From NCBI RefSeq assembly GCF_000018105.1, contig NC_009927.1, forward strand, positions 210,001 through 242,000: a stretch of 32,000 nucleotides of DNA. Reading direction: 5' to 3'. Position numbers and translations under genes: made by a program. Position 1 is the first letter of the stretch. Every line of letters begins with the position of its first letter. This DNA is from Acaryochloris marina MBIC11017 (GTDB lineage: Bacteria; Cyanobacteriota; Cyanobacteriia; Thermosynechococcales; Thermosynechococcaceae). Under the pieces are notes generated by a model that was given only the letters and a program-made list of their open reading frames with translations, was not told the origin of the DNA and searched no databases. Shown piece by piece: positions 15,709-22,989 of the stretch.

Positions 15709-16060
15709 AAATTACTGTAACCATCAAGCTTAAGGTTTGCCCAATTTTGATTTAATTTATCTCAGCCTAAAAAATCAAAATGGGATCATTGAAGCATTAT
15801 TTCCTGATAGAGATCATACAGCTTATTGTGACTGACAAACTCTGATATTTCACTTCAAACCGCAGACAAAGCTATTTAAAAGACAAAAAATGGATTCGAA
15901 CAAGTATCTGTAGATCTATCTTTTAGTTAACACCCAAAAACATAAATAGTACTGCCAAGGTACAAGCGATCTAGCCTCTAAACATATAAGCTAGAGGTCA
16001 ATTCAAATAAGCACAGAATTAAAAATTGAACTTTAAATCAAGGTCAAATACATCGGATTT

Positions 16061-19000
16061 TCAACCCGTTTTCTCGGTAGAGTCCAAAGGGGAACCATCA
16101 TCACCCCCCTCAAGCTGCCCGAGTTCCTGATCATTTCCCTGACCAAATCCATCAATTTCAGATCGCTTATCAATTTCTGTAATTAGATCGTCCTCTTTCT
16201 TACAGATTTCACAACTTGGTCTATTTTTCTCCAATCTCTGATTCCATTTCGCCTGAAATGCCTTCAGCATCTGGTCTTTGTACGCTTCATTACCTGAATA
16301 GCGAATCACATACAGACTCACGGATTCCTCACTGCCCACCTTCACCAGCTCATGGGCCACTCTCTTGATTAACTTGTTGACGATGGCAACGGCACTCTGC
16401 CCTTCACTGATGACATTCCTGAAGTGGCGATAGATTTGATAGCGATATTCCAACGCCTTCACCTTAATATCTTCCAACCGCTGATCATCCTCCGTCATCA
16501 CCATGATTTCCATCCGCATCCGGGCCTCCACCTGCTCATATCGGGCCTGGGTAAACGCCTGAGACTGCTGCTCAATGGCCTCCACCAAACCCTGCTTCTG
16601 ACCCTTGAGGGTCTGCTTCTGCTGTTCCAACTGCTCCAGTTCCCCCTTCAGCGTTGCCTTCCTGGGATGGGCCTTTCTGCCTAACGCCGTCAATTTGGCT
16701 TGAATGACCTTCTGCTCCTGAATGATTTCCCTGATCTGCCCAGCTAATCCCTTGACTTCCAATCTCAAAGACTGTCGTTGACGCTGCACCTGGCGACCCT
16801 TTTCCAACGCTTTGTCGTAGGCTTCATAATCAGCGCTGGTGACATTGTAGGTATCCACTAAATCAAATACCCCCAAGTCACGAAGTAACTGTACCTGGAT
16901 GCGATTATTGGTTAACCGATGAGTCAACACGAACTGACTATTGAGCTGTTTCATAAAATTCCTCCGGTCTAATTCCTCAGCAACTTCAGGGTGAAAGCTC
17001 ATCCAATGCAACTTTGTGGCACTCTTGAGCCGTCCTCGATGCTCGACACAGACTTGATGAATGAATTCATCCGTGAGGTCCACACCAGGCAATTCATCTT
17101 GCAGCAAGACCTTCTTGGCATCCAACGTATCTTTATAGGTGGCAGAAGAACTCCCCATCACTCGGATGGCCTGCTCCACCGTGAACCGTTCCCCATCAGC
17201 CGTTCCCAGCATCACGGCTGTCTCTCGCTCCATCTGCTTCCGCACTTTACTGAAGGACTCGACGATATCGGCATTGCGCTCTCTCAGCTCCTCCATCTCA
17301 ATCGAATGTCCATGATCTTTCAACAACAGCATCAAGGACTCTCTGAGGGCTAACAGTGACGCAATGGAGCGGGTCTGATACCGAGCAAAGCTGACGTTGT
17401 GACAGTTATTGGGATTCTGCTGATATGCCTTCAGTGCTGCTAACTGCTGAGCCGTTTCCGGGGATTGGTCATGAATGAGCTGCTGTTCTAAATCAATGGA
17501 GGCCGCAACGTCTTGTCCATACTTGGACTGAAGCATGATGACCTGTTCCACGGACTTAATCGAAGGGATATCTGGGATATGGGCCTTCCTCGTCACATAG
17601 ATTTCACGAGTGACTTTTGCTCTGTATCTCCAGAGCTGCTGATAGACACTGCGGGCATGGTTGGATGAGGCATAGCAGAACACTCGACTGAAATAGGGAA
17701 TCAATCGGGGTTCATCAATACTGACCCCACTCTCGGCTGTAGGGCTGAGGAATAGTGCCGTGGGTCGATAGTCTTCGACAAACTGAGTGGGATTGGCCTG
17801 AAAGGTTTTGTTCTCTGGTCGTTCTGAGGTCTTCCTGTCATGGCGCAAAATGCCCTTGGCAAACTCAGGGTTCATTTCTGCGATGATTCGCTCAAGCTTC
17901 TCTAGGAATTCTTGCGATGTGGCGACGACAATAAACTTTTCATCAGCAGCTACGGCATTTAGGATTCTCTCTAGAAACTGAGAGGTCTGTCCTGAGAACA
18001 CCTTCGTGGGAAAGTTATCGTCAGGCTTATATTCATTGACGATAATCTTAGTGTTGTACTTCCCGCCTGTGATGCCCTTGATATAGTCAATGGGAATTTG
18101 AGACAGGGAATCTTCCAAGAGAATGATATTGCCTTGGGTTTCTAAGACCCGGTTTGCGATCGCATGGAAATGCTCCAAGATCTGATTCTGCCGATCCCCC
18201 AAGGTTTGACCACTGAGGACATGGAATAAAGCAGCATCGGCTTCATCGAGGATGATGCAGCTATCAGGTTCAATATCATCAAGTTCTATCTTGAGTAGGC
18301 TATCGAAGCAAAGGAGAATAGACCGTTCAGACCGAAAGCCCATGCTGATATTGCCCTGGTATTCCTTATTGAGTCGGAATAGGTGAATCAGCTTGTAGAG
18401 GGTATTGCCGTTGGCGTCAGTCTCGGTGAATCGGTCCTCGGTATTAAACAGCAGGTTATTCCGGTAACCGGGCATAATCACCTGGCCCTTGACCTGGCCC
18501 ACCAGGGACTTCAGCATCTCCGTCTTGCCAGTGCCACACATGGAAGCAATGGCGACCACTGACCCCGGATCAATGGTGCCTAGATCTGAGAGTTCGATGT
18601 AGCGCTTGTTGATAACCGTTGTGGCTTTATCCGATAGACCATTGAGCTTTAGAAAGAGCTGACCCAACTCATATTCCAGACCCAAGCTATTGAAAAACCA
18701 AGTGGGCTTGAATACGATTTGGGCCAATTCCACTTGAGTGAGTTCATCGATATCGCAGGAATTCTCCTTGTAGGTCTGCCCCCACCAGGCCACTTCCACG
18801 GCATAGCCCCATTCTTCTAGTAAGCGAATGACTCGCTGATATTGGTGAAAGACATTGAGGTTCCGCACGGCACCCGCATCAGGATAGAGGGTGATGATCG
18901 GGGTCTGTTCAGCAGATTTCGATAAGACGGTCAGAGTTTCTCGTAAGGTTTCAGGCGATGAGGCCCAGAGTCCCCCCGCTGCGCCAATCGTGGGGAGCTG

Positions 19001-19807
19001 CAATCGTTGAGACAAGAGATAGGGCTTGACCCCCGTTCCTTCAACGAGGGCTATCCGAGAGTAGGGACCAAAGGACTTGTAGACGGCTAAGGGAATTTCA
19101 CCGTTGACATGAGGACCATTGCCGTTAGGATTGCGGCGGGTAAAACTGGACAACCAGATGTAGCGGTTGTCAGTATCAACATTCCGCTTTCTGAGCTGCA
19201 ACGCTGTTATTTGACCGTGGACGTTGTAGAGAGGCCAGAGATAGCCCCCCTGTGAATTGAGGAAGCCATCGGGGAGAACACCGGGCAAGTCCAAAGAAAA
19301 GTCTTTGACTCGCTGAAATTGACCCACGGAGAAGGCTTGGAAGCCATTGATTTCAGCCTGGGACATGCACCGCCGAACCAAGTCCCCCTGATCCATTGAG
19401 CAGAGAGAAAGATCCGAGAGGAGTTGTCGATATTGCTGATCGCGGAGTTCAATAGGCAGCTCTCTGGCAATTCGCTGTTGCCGTTTTTCTTCCGCTTGCT
19501 TTTCCCTTAAGGCTTTGCGGGTTTCCCAATCGATGGCGTTGAAATCCTCGCCCGTGTGGGGTGCCCAGATGCCCCAGAGATAGTTCTTGGTGAGTTTGCG
19601 GAATTTGTAGCCGTTGACGGTGCCAATGTCCTGAGTCTCGGACATGCAGAGAACGATGTCGCCACCGCCTCGGCAACGGCCATCGTGGGAGTCACAGACG
19701 GGGCAGTGATTTGCTCCTCGGAAGGGGACGAGCTTTGATGGGGTTCTTCCCGGTGTACCAAAGCCAAGTTGAGGTGGATTCAGAGTGAGTGAGGCCGTGG
19801 AGGTCAT
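16061..19807 (-). CDS. Plasmid Rep-type primase-helicase: Zn-ribbon, Toprim-like domain, P-loop NTPase and coiled-coil tail
   Basis: 1248 aa with AAGGAGG 7 nt upstream of the ATG. The Zn-binding segment is CPVCDSHDGRCRGGGDIVLCMS. Toprim-like Glu and DxD-type motifs are RIALVEGTGVKP and IITLYPDAGAV. Walker A is ASMCGTGKTEML and the DEAD-like Walker B is CIILDEADAAL. A long Gln/Glu/Lys coiled coil lies near the C-terminus. The architecture matches what I recall of CyRepA-type (DUF3854 plus helicase) Rep proteins of cyanobacterial plasmids. Confidence 0.7.
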   Translation of the reverse strand: MTSTASLTLNPPQLGFGTPGRTPSKLVPFRGANHCPVCDSHDGRCRGGGDIVLCMSETQDIGTVNGYKFRKLTKNYLWGIWAPHTGEDFNAIDWETRKALREKQAEEKRQQRIARELPIELRDQQYRQLLSDLSLCSMDQGDLVRRCMSQAEINGFQAFSVGQFQRVKDFSLDLPGVLPDGFLNSQGGYLWPLYNVHGQITALQLRKRNVDTDNRYIWLSSFTRRNPNGNGPHVNGEIPLAVYKSFGPYSRIALVEGTGVKPYLLSQRLQLPTIGAAGGLWASSPETLRETLTVLSKSAEQTPIITLYPDAGAVRNLNVFHQYQRVIRLLEEWGYAVEVAWWGQTYKENSCDIDELTQVELAQIVFKPTWFFNSLGLEYELGQLFLKLNGLSDKATTVINKRYIELSDLGTIDPGSVVAIASMCGTGKTEMLKSLVGQVKGQVIMPGYRNNLLFNTEDRFTETDANGNTLYKLIHLFRLNKEYQGNISMGFRSERSILLCFDSLLKIELDDIEPDSCIILDEADAALFHVLSGQTLGDRQNQILEHFHAIANRVLETQGNIILLEDSLSQIPIDYIKGITGGKYNTKIIVNEYKPDDNFPTKVFSGQTSQFLERILNAVAADEKFIVVATSQEFLEKLERIIAEMNPEFAKGILRHDRKTSERPENKTFQANPTQFVEDYRPTALFLSPTAESGVSIDEPRLIPYFSRVFCYASSNHARSVYQQLWRYRAKVTREIYVTRKAHIPDIPSIKSVEQVIMLQSKYGQDVAASIDLEQQLIHDQSPETAQQLAALKAYQQNPNNCHNVSFARYQTRSIASLLALRESLMLLLKDHGHSIEMEELRERNADIVESFSKVRKQMERETAVMLGTADGERFTVEQAIRVMGSSSATYKDTLDAKKVLLQDELPGVDLTDEFIHQVCVEHRGRLKSATKLHWMSFHPEVAEELDRRNFMKQLNSQFVLTHRLTNNRIQVQLLRDLGVFDLVDTYNVTSADYEAYDKALEKGRQVQRQRQSLRLEVKGLAGQIREIIQEQKVIQAKLTALGRKAHPRKATLKGELEQLEQQKQTLKGQKQGLVEAIEQQSQAFTQARYEQVEARMRMEIMVMTEDDQRLEDIKVKALEYRYQIYRHFRNVISEGQSAVAIVNKLIKRVAHELVKVGSEESVSLYVIRYSGNEAYKDQMLKAFQAKWNQRLEKNRPSCEICKKEDDLITEIDKRSEIDGFGQGNDQELGQLEGGDDGSPLDSTEKTG

Positions 19808-19895
19808 GGGCGACCTCCTTGATGCAGGGGTATATGAGTTGATTCCCGAACGTTTTGTGGTTCGGTAAATAAAAATATAGAAAGCATAAAAAGAC

Positions 19896-19928
19896 CCTCT
19901 ATCGGTTGTCGGTAGCGAGATAGAGAGG
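19896..19928 (-). terminator. Hairpin plus U-rich tail upstream of the rep leader (terminator or attenuator candidate)
   Basis: Arms ctctatc (19897..19903) and gatagag (19919..19925) flank a 15-nt loop. The minus strand continues GTCTTTTTATGCTTTCTATATTTTTA. The arms and loop resemble the GCTCTCTA...TAGAGAGC hairpins at 21642 and 21744. Confidence 0.35.
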
Positions 19929-20334
19929 TGTAGCTAGGTTAATTTAAATTAAAGAAATCTTGCCAGCACAAAGTCGGCTGCTCTAAAATAAGAACACACC
20001 ACTCAGGGATGACTAACTATTTGCCTATCCAAAGCTTCTGTTAGTTCCCGCTCTATCTGAAAAATATGATTTTTCAATCTCCGCCCTAGCTATGTCCGTA
20101 GCTGGGGTTTTGAGACTTAAGGGTTTATTTCATCGCACCTCCCAAAGAAAAATACAGAGAAACTTAGTGAACCATACTACGCCCGAACCCTCAATAGGGA
20201 AAGGCTTTAAAACAAAAGATCATAAGGGTTTAGGGATCTCAGGCAGAATCGTTTGTGGACAGAAAACTTCTCCCCTCATCCTCGACTCAGACCTAGATGA
20301 TTTGTTTTATCTCTTAGGCTGATTCCTATTGGTT

Positions 20335-21600
20335 TTAAGGAGTAATATTCGGCGGTCGCGGGTGTACTATTAGGTGTTTCATCCCAAGGAATTTAAAGAT
20401 ATTAGTTGCCATAGAATGCATCGTTGATCTCCTTGTATGGGTTATATAGTTTTCCTGAAATCCTCTGATAGCCAGATATACGAGCGCTAATGGCAGCAGA
20501 AATACACTTAGAATTTCTTGGCCGATTTCCAGATATCCTCCCCAAGCGTCTTGAATGCCTCCCAATCCACAGCATCGCTGATTCGTTGAGGAAGGTTGAT
20601 ACCCCGATTTAGGAGCAATCCTGTGATTGCTACACCGACAAAAAGCCAAAATAGGTTTCGCAACATTAGCTAGTCCTCCTAATTGACAGTTAAATTCCTC
20701 CTTTGTAGAGTTGAAAATCTGATTGAGGGCACGGCCAATCTTTCCACCTAGCCGTGGAGCATCAACACGTTTCATGACAGGTTTCTTAACTTCTTCGGGT
20801 TCTTTGGCTTGAAGTGGCTGAGGGAATCGAACCAAGCAAGCGCCGTAAGTGACTAGGTGTTTTAGATAGGCGAGGGCTTCTTTAAATAGCTGCCTGATCC
20901 TTTCACCTGAAAGGCCAAACATTCTTCCAATCGCACGATAACTGTGCCCATCCCTCCTGGCCCGAACGATTACGTTATATCGCTCGGGGAGCTGTGCTAT
21001 ATATTCCTTTTCGTCGATATTTTCCGCGTAATCCCACAGATCATCGTCACCCTCAACAAGATCAATCTGCTCTGCCTTAAGATTTTCGCCAACAGGGATA
21101 TTTAGACTGGAGGTTTCAACCACTCTCGCTCTGTCCAAAGTGCTGGTAATGATTCGCTGGGAATATCCAGTTCGCTCTGAAAGTTCTTCTAGTGTTGGCT
21201 GACGCTCTAATTCCCACTCCAGTTTTTGTGATGCTTGCTTAATATCTTTTAAGTGTTTAGCAATTTCCTTGGATAGTCCCCGCTGATCGTTAAGAAACTG
21301 CTGAATTTCAGTTCTTATGACTTTCACAGCGTAACTGCTGAACTTGCAGCCCTTAGAAACGTCAAACTTTTCAATAGCGCGGGCTAAGCCCCAGTTCCCG
21401 GCAGTAACTAAATCGTTCCAGTCATCTAGTCCGCGATACCGATTTGCTTCCTTGAAGACCAATCGCTGATTCTTTCGTATAAAACGGTCTTCAGTCCTTC
21501 TATCCCCAGCCTGAGCGAGTAGAATCTGAGGGTACTGGACCTCGTTGCTAAACTGTTCGGATCTTTGGGTTTGTGGGTTGCGTGAAGTAGTGCCTATCAT
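20335..21600 (-). CDS. Sigma-70 family sigma factor (paralog of 10632..12158) with a roughly 170-aa C-terminal extension
   Basis: 421 aa. Region 2 reads FDVSKGCKFSSYAVKVIRTEIQQFL and region 4 reads GHSYRAIGRMFGLSGERIRQLFKEALAYL. The extension has RVDAPRLGGKIGRA (20728..20769) and a TM-like EILSVFLLPLALVYLAIRGF (aa 362-380). Confidence 0.8.
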   Translation of the reverse strand: MIGTTSRNPQTQRSEQFSNEVQYPQILLAQAGDRRTEDRFIRKNQRLVFKEANRYRGLDDWNDLVTAGNWGLARAIEKFDVSKGCKFSSYAVKVIRTEIQQFLNDQRGLSKEIAKHLKDIKQASQKLEWELERQPTLEELSERTGYSQRIITSTLDRARVVETSSLNIPVGENLKAEQIDLVEGDDDLWDYAENIDEKEYIAQLPERYNVIVRARRDGHSYRAIGRMFGLSGERIRQLFKEALAYLKHLVTYGACLVRFPQPLQAKEPEEVKKPVMKRVDAPRLGGKIGRALNQIFNSTKEEFNCQLGGLANVAKPILAFCRCSNHRIAPKSGYQPSSTNQRCCGLGGIQDAWGGYLEIGQEILSVFLLPLALVYLAIRGFQENYITHTRRSTMHSMATNIFKFLGMKHLIVHPRPPNITP

Positions 21601-21626
21601 AGACTTAACCTCATGTATTCTTTACG

Positions 21627-21675
21627 GTTTCTGAGGTTGGTGGCTCTCTAGTTGTTTGACGGCGGTTAGAGAGCC
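21627..21675. repeat. 49-nt direct repeat, copy 1, containing the hairpin GGCTCTCTA-N16-TAGAGAGCC
   Basis: gtttctgaggttggtggctctctagttgtttgacggcggttagagagcc is 46/49 identical to 21729..21777. It lies in the 5' leader of the sigma gene. Confidence 0.9.
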
Positions 21676-21728
21676 ACGTTGAGATTGATTTTTTACTTTT
21701 ATCGAGAATAGTGTTTCAAGAGTTATGA

Positions 21729-21777
21729 GTTTCTGAGGTCAGTGGCTCTCTAGTTGTTTGACGGCGGTTAGAGAGCT
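21729..21777. repeat. 49-nt direct repeat, copy 2
   Basis: gtttctgaggtcagtggctctctagttgtttgacggcggttagagagct. It overlaps the stop codon (21768..21770) of ORF 21768..22073. Confidence 0.9.
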
Positions 21778-22073
21778 AATTGAATTGTGGGTAATCTGGG
21801 TAGCAAGCTTCTAAATAATCGTTTGATGGGTGAGTTATGTCGTTGGAGTGAACTTGGGTATTTCCTTGGCTTACTCTGCTGGCTGTTGCCGATCCTGATC
21901 TTCGTTGGGTTTGGCTGGTGATCAAGGTGGTTGGCGTGGGAGAGCCAAGCCAGGATGAAGTTGAGTAATTGCTGTGAGATAGTTCTTTCCCAGTCTGCTT
22001 CAGTGCGTCGAATATTACTGAAATGCTTATGGGTAAAAGGAATTTGTGGGTTGAAGTAGATACTGCCTATCAT
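21768..22073 (-). CDS. Small basic hypothetical protein (paralog of 22528..22920) whose N-terminus is homologous to the sigma factor at 21600
   Basis: 101 aa. Its MIGSIYFNPQIP...FSN compares with sigma MIGTTSRNPQTQ...FSN, and the first 30 nt are 23/30 identical. It shares RIG(N/T)S and LLPRLPT with ORF 22528..22920 and has the same 5' leader hairpin. Confidence 0.45.
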   Translation of the reverse strand: MIGSIYFNPQIPFTHKHFSNIRRTEADWERTISQQLLNFILAWLSHANHLDHQPNPTKIRIGNSQQSKPRKYPSSLQRHNSPIKRLFRSLLPRLPTIQLAL

Positions 22074-22079
22074 TTAGCT

Positions 22080-22147
22080 ATAAACCTCCTATTTAGGTTT
22101 ATTTACTGCTCTCCTGGCTTGGCATAGCTGTGGGGAGCGATTTTTTT
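22080..22147 (+). ncRNA. Candidate cis-antisense sRNA (two stem-loops plus U7) opposite the SD and leader of ORF 21768..22073
   Basis: The plus strand has TTGTGG (22044)-N18-TATCAT (22068..22073). Next come ATAAACCT-CCTATTT-AGGTTTAT (22080..22102) and GCTCTCC...GGGGAGC (22108..22138, with an inner GGCT/AGCT extension). The sequence ends GA-TTTTTTT (22141..22147). Confidence 0.3.
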
Positions 22148-22369
22148 GAAACTTAAACCCTTAACTTAAGACTTGATTTCGGAATGAGCAGAAAATTCGA
22201 CGTGTATATTATATACGGTATACGTTAATTTAGTTAGTTAGTTCAATATATTTACTTTAAGTATTTATATAGGTGGTTAATTGAAAAATAGCATATTTAG
22301 CTACTAAACAAAGGGTTTTAGAGAGAGAACTACAGAGGGGATTTGTCGTAAAATCTGAGGATTATTCAC

Positions 22370-22651
22370 ATGTGTGAACCTAAATTGATTACCTGGAACT
22401 TAAGACAAGTAATGGATGAGCATAAGATTCAGCCTGCTATTTTGGCTGAACATATGCAGACAACCCCAGTTGCGATATCGAGAATGAGGCGTCCTAAAAT
22501 GCCAAGAATGGAGGAAGATAAGCTTAATCATTTACTAATTTGTTTAAACGCCTTACGAAAATCTGGGACACCACCGATAGGCATAGCAGATTTATTGGTC
22601 TTCACCTTTACTGTTGAGGAAGCAGCGAAAGCACGAATCAACGAATCGTGA
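22370..22651 (+). CDS. XRE/Cro-type helix-turn-helix transcriptional regulator
   Basis: 93 aa with GAGGA 10 nt upstream of the ATG. WNLRQVMDEHKIQPAILAEHMQTTPVAISRMRR...LNHLLICLNAL....IADLLVF follows the pattern of small cyanobacterial HTH_XRE proteins. Confidence 0.65.
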   Translation: MCEPKLITWNLRQVMDEHKIQPAILAEHMQTTPVAISRMRRPKMPRMEEDKLNHLLICLNALRKSGTPPIGIADLLVFTFTVEEAAKARINES

Positions 22652-22920
22652 ATTGTCTTTAGAAGCTCATCCTCTGTGGGCAATCGCGGTAACAGGACTC
22701 TGATGGTTTTGGTTAGAGAATAACCAAAAAGAATGAATGGTCTACAACTGGTGCCAATTCGCTGCGTTTGTTTACCGTCGCTCTGAGAATATTGCGAATA
22801 TGTTTGGGGCTGTGAATTTTGCTGAGCGGTCCAGCCCAAGAACAAGACTTTGATTAGACCCAAGACTTGCTTTAGAAAGGTGGTTTGTGTACTTAGGTCG
22901 ATTCTACCTATCATTTTCAT
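22528..22920 (-). CDS. Small hypothetical protein (paralog of 21768..22073); its 3' end is antisense to the HTH gene
   Basis: 130 aa beginning MKMIGRIDLSTQ... GGAGG lies 5 nt upstream of ATG 22920. It shares RIGTS and LLPRLPT with the 101-aa ORF. The last roughly 40 codons overlap 22370..22651 on the opposite strand. Confidence 0.4.
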   Translation of the reverse strand: MKMIGRIDLSTQTTFLKQVLGLIKVLFLGWTAQQNSQPQTYSQYSQSDGKQTQRIGTSCRPFILFGYSLTKTIRVLLPRLPTEDELLKTIHDSLIRAFAASSTVKVKTNKSAMPIGGVPDFRKAFKQISK

Positions 22921-22989
22921 ATAAACCTCCTTGTTAGGTTTATCTATTGCTCTCTAATGGCTGTACCAAAGCCTTAGAGAGCTATTTTT
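22921..22989 (+). ncRNA. Candidate cis-antisense sRNA (two stem-loops plus U5) opposite the SD and leader of ORF 22528..22920
   Basis: The plus strand has TTGTGT (22885)-N18-TATCAT (22909..22914). Next come ATAAACCT-CCTTGTT-AGGTTTAT (22921..22943) and GCTCTCTAA...TTAGAGAGC (22949..22982, with inner GGCT/AGCC pairs). The sequence ends TA-TTTTT (22985..22989). It is closely similar to 22080..22147. Confidence 0.3.

Noticed and set aside
16424-19767. ORFs 16424..16684(+), 16991..17353(+), 19207..19470(-), 19449..19676(-), 19507..19767(-), 19556..19738(+)
   Set aside because: All are embedded in the 1248-aa Rep ORF in other frames or on the other strand. The His/Leu/Pro-rich or Arg-rich translations look like frame artefacts.
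20092-20322. 76-aa plus-strand ORF in the rep-sigma intergenic region
   Set aside because: It has no SD and no recognisable motif, and it lies in a region better explained as regulatory or origin DNA. It may still deserve a Ribo-seq look.
21627-22989. Possibility that the repeated GCTCTCTA...TAGAGAGC hairpins are a CRISPR array or a MITE family
   Set aside because: There are only 4-6 copies with irregular spacing (102 nt, about 360 nt, about 840 nt). Each is tied to a gene start, there is no constant repeat length and there are no flanking target-site duplications.
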